From: Lobosporangium transversale
Lineage: Eukaryota
Length of the DNA: 64,000 nt
Direction of reading: 5' to 3'
Assembly (NCBI RefSeq): GCF_002105155.1
Contig: NW_019028988.1
Location: 124,001-188,000 of the forward strand
The notes beneath the pieces are model-generated. The model was given only the letters and a program-made list of their open reading frames with translations. It searched no databases and was not told where the DNA came from. The position numbers were made by a program, and so were the translations under genes. Position 1 is the stretch's first letter; each line of letters opens with the position of its first letter. This document shows, piece by piece, positions 1 to 18,230 of the stretch.

Positions 1-107
1 GAATGTTTGGGTCTCGGGCGGCTACCTCACTTGGGCCATCATCATTAGGAATTACATAGTACTCGCGTTTTCGCAAGGGTCGCTGTGAATTATAGGCAGT
101 ATAATAA

Positions 108-1139
108 TCAACGACTTGACGCAAGGCCTCGACATTGGAGGCTCTGCATGGATGCAGAGGCAAGGAAGGTGCACCTTTCAATAAATAAATAGATTCCTGT
201 CCTCCAGGTGGAAAAATGTACCCAGGTCTGAGTTCCGATAACTGAACTGTAGCCTTAGAGCAAAAGTCGCGAAATTTCTTAGGTCCATACAAATTCCGTG
301 CAATGGCTATTTCGCAGTGATCCCTGATCTCAACCTTAGTTACTGCGACTCTGCACATCTGCTGTAATGCATCCTTCTCAAACTTTAGGATCGCCTGGTC
401 GTCCTCACGGTCTTCTGCTCTCAATGATCTGCTAAGCTTTTCCATTAGCTCCGGCTGAGTCTAAAAAAAGAAATAAAAAAGGACACATACATTGTAAATG
501 AATAATATTCATACATGTAGTTTGTCCAGGATTTTTTTTTTTTTTTTTTTTTTTTATTTGTACCTGGCACATTTGAGTGATCTCCTCTTGAAGCAAAGCA
601 GTGGTAGTTCCTTTGAGACCGAACCTTGCTGCTTGCTTCATAACATCCATGCCACGCCTAATGCGAGCATTTAATGAGCTTATCTGGAGATCACGATCGG
701 AGCACCAGTTACCGGTATATAATAGCCGCAGTGAAGCCTCAATCGCATAAAGCTCTAATGCATCAACACATTGAATCTCTATAACCTGGGAATCATTGCT
801 GTCTCGGTCATCCAATAAAGTAATGGTCTTTTCATTTAGATCCTTCTTTCCTGCGAAGAGCGACGCAAAGAAATCGCTCTCTTTGCTGAGGATACGTGAG
901 TGAAGGCTCAGTGTCCTTTTGAGTGATCCTGGGACCTGTAGAATGGCCGTGACATCGCTATAAAGGCCCTCTTCGAACAGAACCCGGCTAGCGCTGAGGT
1001 GCGGCATAGGTGCGACAGCAGGCTCCGGACTTGGTACAGGACTATTGCTAACAGGCGAAGAGGCACTCATAGAAGAGACTCGCCTTGAATTGGATCTTGA
1101 CGGCGGAAAAGACGGAAGGAAAGAGCTGAACTCCATCAT
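108..1139 (-). CDS. BTB/POZ-domain protein, 2 exons (1139-564, 460-108)
   Basis: BTB-like motif LYSDVTAIL...LSLHSRILSKESDFFASLF...LRLLYTG. Donor CAG|GTAC at 563 and acceptor TTTAG at 461. The spliced frame continues TQPELMEK...LASSR to TGA at 110-108. Confidence 0.65.
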
Positions 1140-1235
1140 GTACTTCCTGTTAATAACGAGAAATAAACAAAATAATGAAAAGAAGTGGAGTAGAGTGGAG
1201 AGATAGAAACAGGAGTAGATGAAAGGAGTAAGGAA

Positions 1236-1278
1236 CGAATGAATGAATGAATGAATGAACGAATGAATGAATGAATGA
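1236..1278. repeat. (GAAT)n tetranucleotide microsatellite
   Basis: Imperfect GAAT run just upstream of the BTB gene. Confidence 0.85.
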
Positions 1279-2907
1279 AAGAGAAAGAATGGAATTATGG
1301 ACTAGATGAGCAAAAGACAGAGAGTTGTAGTGAACGACCTGTCTTTGTGTGACCTTTCGTCTTCACAACGGTTCCCCTGCCTGTTCCTTGTGCACTACGC
1401 CCGGGAAAAACTAAATTGTTTGACCAAACTCTGTTGCCACAGTCGGCATGAATTTATTTATTATTTTTATTTTTTTGAGACAGAAGGAAAAGAAACCAAG
1501 GTTTGGCATTCGACTCGTGTTTTGTTGCAACAGTTGCGTCAAATATTCTTGATCTCTGTAACACCGTGGCATGTCTGTCCTTTTGCCTATCCTCAACCTC
1601 AACATGTCTAGCAAATTTGTATCCAGCGTGGTCTTAGGCTAATAAAATCTGCAATTGGAGGGATCGAAAGATCAGATTATGCAGATGAAGGACAAGCCAC
1701 ACTGCCATAAGTTCAATTGCTGCAATTGCTTACCGGTAGAACTATTGCAATACAACAATAGGACAATAAGGACAATAGGATGAAAACAGAGAAGGGGGGG
1801 AAGAAACCCAGGGAAAGTTTGTAATGTATTTGTCTACTTGTGAATACCTTAGTCTATAAGTAAGCGGATTAAGGTATGAGAGAAGAAGTAAAAACGGAAT
1901 CGACGCTTTCCCAACCTAGCCTCTGTCTGTGACATGATTTGCGCACATGCAACATTTGCACAACCATCCTCCTTGTAGGCTAAAATGAACAGCAAAAGAT
2001 TCCAAATTACTCTCCAATAAAGTCAGTCTGTCAAAGAGTACAAAGTACATGTACTTTTAAAGATTCACATTCAATTCATGTCTGTCTCAATCAAATTTCA
2101 TTAAAAAAGAGAGATCTGACTTGACCTTTTTTCCCTTCATTGTTCATCCATTCTTGTGACATAATTTACAACCCTTCACATCACTCAAAAGAACTCCAGG
2201 ATCATTATCCTTTCTCACCAAAAAAGAAAAAAAAAAAAAAAGAGTCGGTCTGCGCCCTATTTCGTTGCTGAGAAATAGAAGAGCTGACTTGATTGAATCA
2301 ATTTAATAGTTTGGTACACCTTCCTTCCCTTCCTTTCCCCTCTTTTCACTCTTCATCGCACGATATTACGATCATTGACATAGACTTTGATACACGCTTA
2401 CAATACAACATTTTATACTCATACCACTCTGCACTTACTACACTAACTGCACCTACTACACTTCTACACCACACTATTTTACATACACCCTCTCTCTTTT
2501 TCTTTCACAAACTGCAAACTGCACTTCAAAATTCGAGCAGCCGGAAACACACCTTTTGACTGGTTCCACTGACTTTACCTCAAATCTTCATATTTGCATA
2601 TTGGCTTGTATGTCTCCATCCTTCCATTTTTTTTTTTATTTTCTTTCAATCGCTCACTCTTTAATTTTTTCTTCTTTTCTCTCCTCCCTTTTTTTTTTAT
2701 ATATCTATATAAAACTATTTGTTTTTTCTTACCCATCTCTTTTTATTTTTCTGTTGTCGATATTTTTTATTATTATTATTTTTTTTTTTTTTTTTTTAAC
2801 CTAGAACAGCTGACATTCTATTTGTCTCTTGACCTAGACTGTCAGAAACATCCCAACTACGCAGCTGTCAACACCATTCTTAAAGTGACCAAGAGATATA
2901 TCTCAAG

Positions 2908-5421
2908 ATGATGAAGCAGGTCCTACCAAGGGATTCTACCGCGCATGCCCCAACCCTTTCTCCTCTTCTTACCATGCCACAAGCTCCTACTGCAGATACG
3001 TCATCTGTGTTGAGTCCCCATGTGCCTATCCAAAAGGCTCCTGCACTCGACATGAGCACTGTTCCTACGACTGCTCCACCAGAGAACCCTCGCACTAACC
3101 CACCTACGCGCATCTTTGGCCTTGAGGATGCACCATGCTTCTATCCGACCGCTGATGAGTTTATTGAGCCTTTAAAGTATATTGAGAGTATCCGTCCAGA
3201 GGCTGAGAAGGCCGGTATCTGCAAAATCATCCCCCCCGCGGGCTGGAAACCCCCTTTTTCACTCGATACTGAGGTGAGTTTTCTTTTCTTTTTCTTTTTT
3301 TTATTTTGTGACCTTACGTGTCTCTTGGTTTCCTGGCCATGGGAGACAGGGTATACAGGCTGTAAAAGTTGGCTTTTTTCTTTTTTTCTTTTTTTTTTCC
3401 TTTCCAACCTGTGTAAGGGCATCAATAGCACTATCTTTTTTTTTTGCTGCGAATCATTCCTTGTTGCCCTTTTAGCTTGTAGCTTGTACATACTCTTGCT
3501 GCTTAGCACACGTGGGGGATAGCCAATCTCTCCACATAATACCACAGCATAGGAATGCTATGAAGTTTGGGAAGAGAATACATGAAGTTTACCCAATGAA
3601 AGTGGTACTTGGAGAGTTTTTTTTCTTTTCTTTTTTGGGTCGCAGTTATTGTGACCAAATCTCTTTTGAGTGGTCAGAGTCGTGTCTGCACTGTTTCAAC
3701 TGCTTGTGTTCCCTACCATCTTGGACTGCACCATCTTGGACTGCACTGCCCAGCAAACCTCAAGAAGGAAAGACGGGTGGTAGGAGAGTTACTGGTCTAG
3801 GGGACATTAAAAAACGTTCTCTAGATATTTTTTAACCTAGAACAAAAACATACAGGGTATTCACTCTGTCTCTTTTCAAGACCCGCTTTTTTTTTTTTTT
3901 TTTTTTTTTTTTTTTCCCTGTTATTCTCGTTCATATGAATACCATTTATTGCAACTCATGTTGCTCTTTATTGCTTACCCATCTATATAGGTTTTTCGTT
4001 TCAAGACTAGGATTCAAAGGCTCAATTCGATGGAAGGTCAGACGAGGACCAACCTCAACTACCTTGAGCAACTCTACAAATTCCATCGTCAACAGGGCCA
4101 TCCTGTCTACAAGATCCCGCAGCTCGATAAGCGACCTATGGACTTGTATCAACTCAGAAAAGAAGTTGCCGCTCGTGGCGGTTATCAAAAAGTATATATA
4201 CATATTAATCGCAAACTATGGGGCCGTGATTATTTATCCAACGACATCACGACACCTAGAATCTTGCACAGTAAACTGAAGCAAATGCAAATCCCGCTAA
4301 TGTGACGCGATCCATCTCTTCTCACGGGACTCCCTCTCTGCGCATATTATATTTCTTCTGATAGGTGACCGCGAGCAAAAAATGGGCGGAGATTGGACGT
4401 GGCATGAATTACACACGAAAGCAGTGCACATCCATGTCAAATGCTCTTAAAAACGCCTACCTTAACATTATCCTTCCTTACGAGGTCTATCTTGCTAAGC
4501 ATAAGCAGCCAAACTCTACAGCAAGCTCACCAGGTGATGCTATTGCTGGCACTAAACGAGAAGCAAGCACAGACATGTCATTAGACGAGAGTCAAGGCAC
4601 CTTAGCCACACCTGCAGCTTCGCCACCACCCAGTAGTGAGTCCATTCTTCCCACTCCCACCCGACGATCCAAACGCATTAAAAAAGAGCCCATTTCATAT
4701 GCAGGTTGGTATCCTTGGTCGTTTACTCTATATTCTGCGCTCATTTTTTTCTTCAACGAGTAATTGATTCCTAACACCCATGTGTAATTAAATAATTGAC
4801 AATTTCTTTATTTTCTTTTCTTTTCTTTTTCTTTTTTTTTTTTTTTTTACGTTGAACAAATGAATGGATGATTAATTGTCATATATTTATAGACTCTATG
4901 CCTTCATCTCCAGCTGGATCATTGTTAGACCGCATGTCAACAGAACCAGCGTCCTTCAAATCAGAGGATAGTCATACCAGCAGCCAAAACGACAGCGAGA
5001 ATAATAACGTAGACAAATCTAAAGCTATCTGTGAACTGTGTCGTCAGGGAGGTCACTTGGATAGGATGCTAATTTGTGACGGCTGTGAACTTGGACACCA
5101 TACTTTCTGTTTGAGTCCGCCACTGCAGCATATCCCCAAGTCTGACTGGTATTGTCCTAAATGTTTGATCGCAGGTGAAGACTTTGGGTTTGAAGAAGGA
5201 GAGGAATACTCTCTGAGCTCGTTCCAGCAGAAATGCAACACGTTTAAGAAGGAGTACTTTGAAAAGATGGGATATGCGGACGGGAAAGTCTCAGAGGATG
5301 TGGTCGAACGAGAGTTCTGGAGACAAGTCGAGAATGCTTTCGAGACTGTTGAGGTCGAATATGGCGCGGATCTTCACTCATCGCAACACGGAAGGTACTT
5401 TCTTCTTGGCTTCCGTTGTCC

Positions 5422-5452
<31 letters not shown>

Positions 5453-5978
5453 TTTATCACAAACGACTGACTTTTGTAATATCACTCTGGTATTTCAAAT
5501 CCTCCAGTGGGTTCCCGACGCAGAAGCGTAATCCTCATGACAAATACTCGACTCATCCTGCTAATCTAAACAACATGCCGGTGTTACCACAGTCTCTCTT
5601 CCGCCACATTAAATCTGATATTTCAGGAATGATGATCCCTTGGTTGTATGTTGGCATGTGCTTTTCAACTTTCTGTTGGCACAACGAAGATCATTATACC
5701 TATTCGATTAATTACATGCATTGGGGAGAGACCAAGACCTGGTACGGAATCCCAGCTTCAGATGCCCTCAAGTTTGAAGAGACGATGCGACAGGCTGTCC
5801 CAGAACTCTTTGAGCAACAGCCTGATTTATTGTTTCAGCTCGTGACAATGCTTTCGCCTGGCAGATTAGTCGAGAATGGAGTCAAAGTTGTAGCATTGGA
5901 TCAAAGACCAGGACAGCTTGTTGTGACTTTCCCACAAGCTTACCATGCTGGATTTAATCAAGGAGTAATAATTTGACG

Positions 5979-6020
<42 letters not shown>

Positions 6021-6079
6021 ATTGTTCTTGTCTGAAACGACGTACAGTCAATCACACATACTGACAAGCAAATCTCTTA

Positions 6080-6127
<48 letters not shown>

Positions 6128-6704
6128 CAATTTTGCTGAGGCTGTCAATTTTGCGCCACCTGACTGGTGTCACTTTGGAGTTGACTGTGCACTGCGATAT
6201 AAGGAACATCGGAAACACCCTGTCTTTTCACATGATGAATTAATCATTACCACAGCGCTTAAGGACAGAAGCTCCGAGACTGCAAAATGGCTTCAGCACG
6301 AAATGAAAGATTTGTTGGAGCGAGAGATGGCGCAGCGAAAGAAAGCTTTGGATTCGTACCCATTTATGGCTGTAATTGTGGAAGAAATGGATCGTCCTGA
6401 GGAAGAGGTCCAATGTTTGTATTGCAATTCCTATATATACCTTTCACAAGTTGCATGCAGCTGTGGACCCAAAGTTGTTTGTAGCGATCATATTTCTGAA
6501 GTAAGGATGTGAAAGTGAAGGGAGTAAGAAACTTGTACCTATTATTGGATTTCTTTAATAGCTTTAGTAACATTCTTCTCTTTTACTGTGACGACTTAGT
6601 TCTGCCAATGCGATCCATCGAAACGTTTTCTCCGACTTCGGTACTCTGACAAACAGCTCGAGGATATTGTCCAAAAGGTGGTTGATACCGCAGCCTCTGC
6701 ATAA
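2908..6704 (+). CDS. KDM5/JARID1-family histone H3K4 demethylase (JmjN-ARID-PHD-JmjC-C5HC2); exons about 2908-3273, 3991-4191, 4365-4704, 4893-5394, 5508-5964, 6126-6500, 6600-6704
   Basis: JmjN ([11 protein letters not shown]...GICKIIPP), ARID ([15 protein letters not shown]...KKWAEIG), PHD (CELC...CDGC...HTFC...WYCPKC), JmjC with Fe ligands (WHNEDH...AYHAG) and C5HC2 finger (CLYC...CSC...VCSDH...CQC). GT-AG introns keep the frame. Confidence 0.92.
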
Positions 6705-7764
6705 AAAGTTTTTCTTTTTCTTTTTCTTTTTTTATTCTCTGATCTATACTTCGCAAGGACATCTGCAATTGAGGAACGGGTATCATCACAGTTCCTTCAT
6801 GTGTAAAAAAAAGAAAAAAAGAAAAAAAATCTTTTTTTTTTCTCTTCCCTTCCTTCTTTTCTGTGTTTTGCTGGCGAGATCAGTATAGTTGGGTTGGATA
6901 CAAAAAATATATGTCTACCATTCGATTGTTTACCATCTTTTTTTATTTTTGGCCAAAGAAGAACCCAGACTATATATTCTTCGAACTCTTACTGTTGTAC
7001 ATTGCTTGTAACATGTTTATTTTACGTTTTTCTTTTTTTCTTTTCTCTTCTTTATTTTTATTTCCTCTGCAAAAAAATAATAAAAATGGCAAGGAACAAA
7101 TAACACGCTTCCAGTGCAAAAATGAACCAAGATCGCCTATCAGTTAACTTTTTTCTTTCGTTTCATAGGAATGTATGTAGACATTAGTGATACCTGGCAC
7201 AAATAAAGCCTTCGTCGCCATTTACGTCATTATTGAGTAGGGTTCTTCCAGCCTGGCTCTTTAATGAAATAACGTTTTTTTTATTTTATTTTTTATTTTT
7301 TATTCCAAGCTAGTTATTGACTCAATTTCGGATTATTTTGATTCTGACCCCTCGGGAAAGATTCGTTAAGAAAGGGTCGCTCACATTTGTATGGAGATCT
7401 TGATATTGGCATTGGATATCGCTCAGCAATGGTCTAACTTCATGATCGAAGGATCTAATCCTTGTCCTTGTAGGAAATATGGTCCGTGGCTATTATACTT
7501 GCGTTGTTGATTGGTACACTGACTGAAGTATAGAATTTAAAACCCCACTAGTTTTAAATCTCAGGTGAAGAAGCTAGTTTTTACGAAACCAATTTCTTTA
7601 CTCAAAAAAAAAAAAAAAAAAAAAAAATCAATAAGGAATCAAGCTGAAAGAATCATAATGTTTATGCCAATGTCTACTTGAAGTAAAAAGATAGTTTTTG
7701 TACAAATGAGTCGCGCACATTTATTTATGATTTCTTTTGTTTTTTCTATTAGGTGTGATACTCC

Positions 7765-9000
7765 TCAAAACAGCTCTGTCCTGCTTTTGACTTTGCAGGT
7801 GATACAGCTCCATTCTGTCTGAAAAGTAGTTTTTCTGCCTTCTTTTAGACTCTTGAGCTTACAGTTAACGCACGTTATCCTACCTTTAGCAATCCCTCCT
7901 TCGCTTCCTCTGACTGAGTAGTGAAATCCCAGCAGATGGCGGTGGGGGTTTGGAGCAGAGTCGTTTTTAGTAATCTCTTGCCTTTTTAACACTTTAATAG
8001 TAAGTTTGGAAAATCTCTAGCTTTTTGAGTGCCTTTGCTTGACGATAGCTTGGGACCTGGAGAGCGATAAGAGTTGGTTTACAAGCTTCAAGCGAAATTG
8101 ACGATGTCCGTCTTTCCTCGTCAATTTGTTCTTGATGTGCCACAGTATATATGAGTTGATAGTACTCAAAGACTTTTTCGTATCTTAGAAGCACTTGCTT
8201 TGTTTTCTTGCGGGCTCCCTCTAGCCTTATTCACTAGCCCGCTGTTGCCATAAAGGCTATGGATAGTTGTCAACATTGTCACAAGATCACGGTCAACCCA
8301 AAGCACTGCTAAGACATCCTTAACTATCTCACCTTTCTCGCTCCACTCTAGACGCGTTTCTTTGAAATCCTTGAGGGAAGCAGAGAAATGTGGTGAGTCG
8401 AGACGAACGGCCTCACATGCTCCAATGCCACGACTCAATATATTTTTGAAAAGGGAAGATGGTTGAAAAAGAACCGTCTATGTAAACATTGAATTTCAAG
8501 GCAGGAAAATTCCGAAAGCTGATCTACGAAATATACAACCTTTCGTCCTGTGGCAGAGAGAAGCTCGTCGCCGTCACAGATGGGCAAAGGGTCCTGCAAG
8601 AGCTCGACATCGGGCTCTACTCGCCTCGCAACTCAGGTAAAAAGGTAAATTATAGCCTGTATCGTATAAAGCCAGAATCTTTTATCCTTCTGGAATTGAC
8701 TTGGATCTTAGTCAAAATGTGTGTTTGCTTCCATCTGAGAAAAGAATGACCATCTTATCAGTCGATATATTTCGTTATGGGACATAATGGTGCTTGGAAG
8801 CGTATTGTACCTGACGAAGACATGACCGAACCTTGTCGTAATAGCTAGTCTGAACGCCGTTGGGCGATGCGTCTTGAGGACTCGAAATGTGCAAGTAACG
8901 TTTTATCTGCTGTACTTCATGGAGAATGTTGACATCCAATCCTTAATGAAGCAATGTGAATCCATCTTCAAATATTAAGAATAAACATCCTCGAAGGTAC
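7765..9000 (-). pseudogene. Decayed piggyBac (DDE_Tnp_1_7-type) transposase
   Basis: Minus-strand fragments QQIKRYLHISS, HYVP*RNISTDKMVILFSDGSKHTF*LRSKSIPEG*KILALYDTGY, GIGACEAVR, VLWVDRDLVTMLTTIH and a C-terminal Cys-rich CVNC...TEWSCITCKV. Multiple stops and frameshifts; no TTAA-flanked TIRs found. Confidence 0.8.
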
Positions 9001-9516
9001 CAAGTTGGGGCTAATAATCGTCGTCACGAACAAGGAGATTCACTACATTTATACTAAAAAAGCTACCGTAGTGAAGACCATACTAAAGACTTACTCGTAT
9101 AAAAATTTGTGCGGGATCCTTTCGCACAGTCACAGGTCCTCTAAACCTTAACTATGGTATGGATCAATCACATCGTCGGATTCTATTTCAATTTAACTTA
9201 ATTGGAGGCGTCAATTTATAGAATTTTGCTTAATTGCTTTTTTAAGTAAAAATATTTTTTTTTAATAAATTGGAACCAAAAATGGTCAGAATTCAGATAT
9301 GATATGGTTCCTAAGAAAGGAAAGAGAAAAGCCAGCAGATGGATCTTGGATCTTGGCTCTGTGGATTGCCGTTTTGTCTTCTCATGAGTGTCATACCTAA
9401 CCATATATTTCTCTCCTCTTCTACCACTTGATCGCACGATCAAAAAAATAAGTAAATAAAAGGATCTACAGATGTAATAACAAAATGCCTTTATTAGAGA
9501 AAGTCTAGATCACTGA

Positions 9517-13320
<3,804 letters not shown>

Positions 13321-16300
13321 TTGAGTAGGAGGACGCTGGTACTCTTGAGATATTGGATCTGTATAAACTTCAGCTCTCTATCGTTTATTATCAAGATAAT
13401 TCCGATGCACCAATGAAAGAAGACCAAGACATCAAAAAAAGAAGAGGTGAGAAATGAATGGTTGACGGCCTTCCTGAAGTGGAAACAAATATTGAGTCGA
13501 CTGAGCGCAAAATACGATGGGTGGGCGCATGTGTGCTTTGTGGGCACTAAATGCTTGATACGCCATATGAAGTGTGATTAAAGGAGGTTGAGATGAAACA
13601 GGCTCCAGGAAGCCAATGCTTACCCTGGAGCCTTGAATACGAGATATATGCTCCTCATTAATTGGGCTATCTTGCGTTTTTCTGTGAGAGACTGAACCTA
13701 TGCGGTTGGCGTGGTATGGTGAGCAAAAGTTGATCCACTATGTCAATTACTTCCATGTGATTTGCTATAATTTTTACTGAGGTTCAGTGAATGGTAGAGA
13801 AACTAACTTGTCCTTTTCTGGAGGTATTGTTACTAGGCTCTTCAATATCCACGTATAGGTTCAAAGACACAGGGGTGGAACAAGTAGAATACATTGTAAT
13901 GGGGAATGGGGATTGGCAATGGATAAAGATATATTTGAAATGAATGTCAGTCACCCTCCGAAGCGCGAATTGATTTCACTTAGCCACCGGAGGTGTCGCA
14001 GACAGATTTTGAGAAAGCCCCTATTTGCAAATCGAAGAAATCTGGAAAACTGGTGTTCCAAACAGTCAAAAGGATAATGAAATAGGAAAATGACCATGTT
14101 TCTGAATCATTTGAACGGATCAGCTTTGATGAGCCCATTGAAAGACAAAAAAAAAGTGGAGGGGAGGAGGGAAGGTGCGCGCACTGACATGACACCACAA
14201 CAAGTTCTCTTTTTTGTTGAGCAAGGGGAGGGTGAACTTATATGGAGAACAGTGCTTACATGATCTATATGTGTTCCATCTTGCTCTAGATCCATAAGCC
14301 CAAGCTCCAATTCCTTGGCCTTCTTCCAGATTTCCTGTACTGAATAGATGCAGCTTGAAATAGATCCTTGAGAGAACCGCAGCCTGGCTGTGGAGGCCAA
14401 GGCGACAAGGCTACGAGTATGAAATGACAAGAGAACAGTGCGGAAAAAAAAAAGATGTAAAAGTAACACAAGTAAGATGGCAAATATCACCGAAATCAAC
14501 ATTCAAGCGGCTGGTGGGTACTCCCCAGATGCAATCGCGAGGTACTCGAATGAAAAAGAGCTGTGTGAGTATCCCAAAGAAGGCTCAGAAAAGTGTCAAA
14601 GCTCACGCACCAGGGCCTAACCGCACTTCCATGTATTTTGGCCTATGCTCTTTCCTTTCATTTATGCTACTGTTGTCTGTGATATCTATACCTGTTGAAA
14701 AGTGAACCTAGCTTTTCTTCTTGAGATGGATCCATTAGAAACCGAAGCCCTGCAGATCTCGTACTATCCATTATCAATGGTAATCAAAAAAGGTAAGAAA
14801 CGGAAAAGAGGATTGCGTAAGTAAATGGCTGTACGAGCACGAATGGATGGATGGATTATTGGTAGATAAAGATGTTCAGGGGCTAAAATGAAGACTCGAG
14901 TTGAAAATAGTGTAAGGGAGACTGTTTGCGTTGCTCCTACTGTTTTTCGAATCAGCGTTAGGCATATGGACTGTTACTGGCGTAATATGGCAGCAAGGAA
15001 GGAATTGCTCAATGGATCAAAAAGAGCATCAATACCTTACATGTATTAATGAAAGAGAAACTGAAGAGAAGGAAGGAGAGAGGGTAGCGTATTGTGGATA
15101 TTTCTGGATCAGAGCTAAGTACAAGTGTCAAAGCAAACATTGGACAGTCGAAAAAAGAACGGAGAAATGAATCGGCAGAAAGGGGCTGATTGTTCGGGAT
15201 TGGCTCGAGGTTGAATTGCATAAAAAGAGATATACACGAAGAGTTGCTTCACTGTGCTGAGAACACCATGCTGACGGTAGACTTATCAACTGGGAATTTT
15301 TAGAAGGTGAGAAATGCTGTTGATGAAAGAATACCTATCACCCCTCTTGCCTCCACCCGCATACGGATCGTAGACAGGATCATTTCCAGTAGATGAATAG
15401 ATTCGGGAAAGGATTGCTCAAGGTGAGGTAACAAAAAAAGGAAGTGACTCTTACTGCAAAGGTTCCTTTCCTATTTACCTGAGCCACCAATGTTGAATCC
15501 AGGAACACTCTCGTTCAACAAAGAAGGCACCTCTTTGCAGAGACGCCCTGTTCGGTTGGGGACCTAGTAACCCAAGCCCAGATCAAGAAGCGATTGTAAG
15601 CACTTACACCTAGAGTGTTATCTCCGAGAGGAGATCAAAGGTAAAGGGTCTGAGTACTGAAGATCGGTGCTTTTTTTTTTTTTTTTTTTTTTTTTTTGGT
15701 CTGCTTGTGTTAAAGATTGAATGCGCGTATTCTTGTGACGATAGAGTGATCCAGTGGAGACAAGAAAGGACGGGAAAAAACTTGCATTGAGAATTTTAGA
15801 AGTGTTACAGCTTGATCGAGAGAGAAAAAAAAAAAGTGAAGTCAGGGCAGGATGCAAAGAATAGAGGGAACACGCGATTTGCAGCACAGGATGTACTTTA
15901 AGAGATCAAGAAGCGTTTTTTTTTTTTGTTCAACACGATGCAAATTGGAGGATATATGGAGACAAAAAAAAGCATGTGCGGTAGGTGAAGATGCGATGCG
16001 ATGCTCGTCCCTACTTTTTCGATGTTTGGATAAGGTTGAGGAACAAAAGGAATTGACGGGAAAGGGCTCGTTATTTAAGAACGTTAGCTTCAGAAAGAGT
16101 CTACTTGCTGGGAGAAGATAGAGAAAGGAATTGGACTGGATAAGAGTAAAAGGGACCAGGGAGGCTGGGCGTTTGATTTGGACCTGATTGCGTATATCAG
16201 GCTGGGCATGTATGTGTAATGCTAACTGAACGGGGAGTGAATGAATAGTAAGCAAGATAGAGTGTTTAAATACAAGGAATTGGAAGGGGAACAAAAGAAC

Positions 16301-18230
16301 AAAGTGGAGAGAGGATAAGAAAAGAAAGAAAAGAGATGAAAATGAGAAAGACAAACTTAAAAAACAGACACTTGACAGTGTTCCGTTACGAGAATGAAAA
16401 GAATGGCTCATTTTTTTTCCTCTCTTTTTATGCGTGCACCCAATCTTTCTGTGGACTAAATAGAGATCATGGACAAGACAATTGGGGCCAATAGCTGATC
16501 TCCAAAAATAAGCAAGCCAAATGCTGTTGCTACAAAGAGAACCCATGGTACAATATGCTATAGCGTATTATTGCTGTCGGATGTAATAAATGGTCATTAC
16601 CTCACACTCTCCCACCCACTCGCAACTCAAGTCAGGCCTATATCCAAAATGAACCAAACGAGGTCCTTTCTTTACGCATCTGTGTCCTTACGCAAAGCTA
16701 TACAGGATATATACTTACTAACCCACACTCTTGTTTATATTAGATATTTTGGAAACGCGTGGCTGGATTTTTCATAATGGAGGCCACAACAGAAGGAATG
16801 GAGAAGGAATTGACGGATTCAAGGAAAGTTCGATGCATCTTCTCTATCGTAGCCACTATTAATACCATTTTTGACCGCAAAGTAAGGGATCCATTACATT
16901 TACTTTGGGCTAACGACGGCTATAAGCGGACATATTGATGCAATCGATGAATAGAACAAAAGAAGCGATAGCTCCAATCCCATCATTCATCCGGGACATA
17001 TGCCATAATCTTATGGTATAGTACTTTAGATTTAGACGGAACTGCATAGAGTAGAAAGCAACGCTAAGGGCAGTGTTGCTTATGGAATATGTAGAGGGAC
17101 GAGACCTGTAGGTTGAAAAAAGGGCCAATTCGACTTTTCTGTCCATCCTTTTCACTTAGTTTTTATTACCCCTCTCGGTCTCTTCTCTCTTCATCTTTTA
17201 CTTCATCAGGAATAAGAGCGCCTGCAAATCAGATTCGATTTTGTTGTTGAGCATTTGAGTCTTACCAACAACAGATTGTAGGTGCTCTTTTTTTCCGTTC
17301 GTTATCTTTTTTTTAAAAAATGTTCACTTGCATGTGGCCTCAAATCAATGTCTGCCAACAATGACAGAGCACAAGAAAAAATTAAAACAAAACAAACAAA
17401 AGGGTATAGAAGGGAAATTAGTCTCGATTGAAAGCTCAACCACCGCAATCATCCTTTTCTATCGGCTATATAGAGTAGCGAACGCAACTTTTTATTCTGA
17501 AATAGTGGAATGAATAATTTGCGCACAAAACACATTTTTGACCCAAACAATGTCTGTATGCAACGTTAATCCAATCTTCCCAAGGAGCTGTGCTAAGCTG
17601 ACTTTAGATCACGGTGACGCAGATCAAGCTTAAAAAAGAGGGGGATTCCACTCAACGCCAGTTCGCTTTTGATAAACAATGTCTTTTGCTGTTATTTAAG
17701 TGTATGGAAGTGTGTCTAACTTGGCTTCCAAGAAGAAGGATCATTATTCAGTATTGCCTAGGTCCTTATAAGACGGCTTTAATGTCGAGCATTGTATGGA
17801 AATATATTCCATTCATCCCCCCGCTTTTACATCTATACATCTGTGCCAGCCAACCTTAAAAAGAATAATATTAAAAATGTAAATGTAAGACGTGTCTGAA
17901 CAATCATTGAGGAACAATAAGAGCATTTGCTTATAAAAGCTAAGTTGGGCGCAAATCTTGCGTATTATGAGCCATTCAATTCAGATCGTTCGAAGAATAA
18001 TAGAAACGAATACTTGGATTCAAGGGACATAAAATAGCAATAAAATAAACATTTAAACAGAAACATGGATCTTAAAAAAATAATGAAAAGATAGTACGAA
18101 AGTTTTACATCTGTAGTGACTAGAAGACGTGCGATGATTTGATATCTTGTGCCTCAATCATAAGTTCCACAGAGTATTTCAATCCGCATATAGAGTATTC
18201 GAGAGCGAATGAGAACAGAAACAAGAATAA

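Noticed and set aside
13321..16550. Possible upstream non-coding exons of the 9517-13320 gene
   Set aside because: Some minus-strand donor-like sites (e.g. GTAAGC at 14259) and a pyrimidine-rich stretch exist, but UTR exons cannot be established without transcripts.
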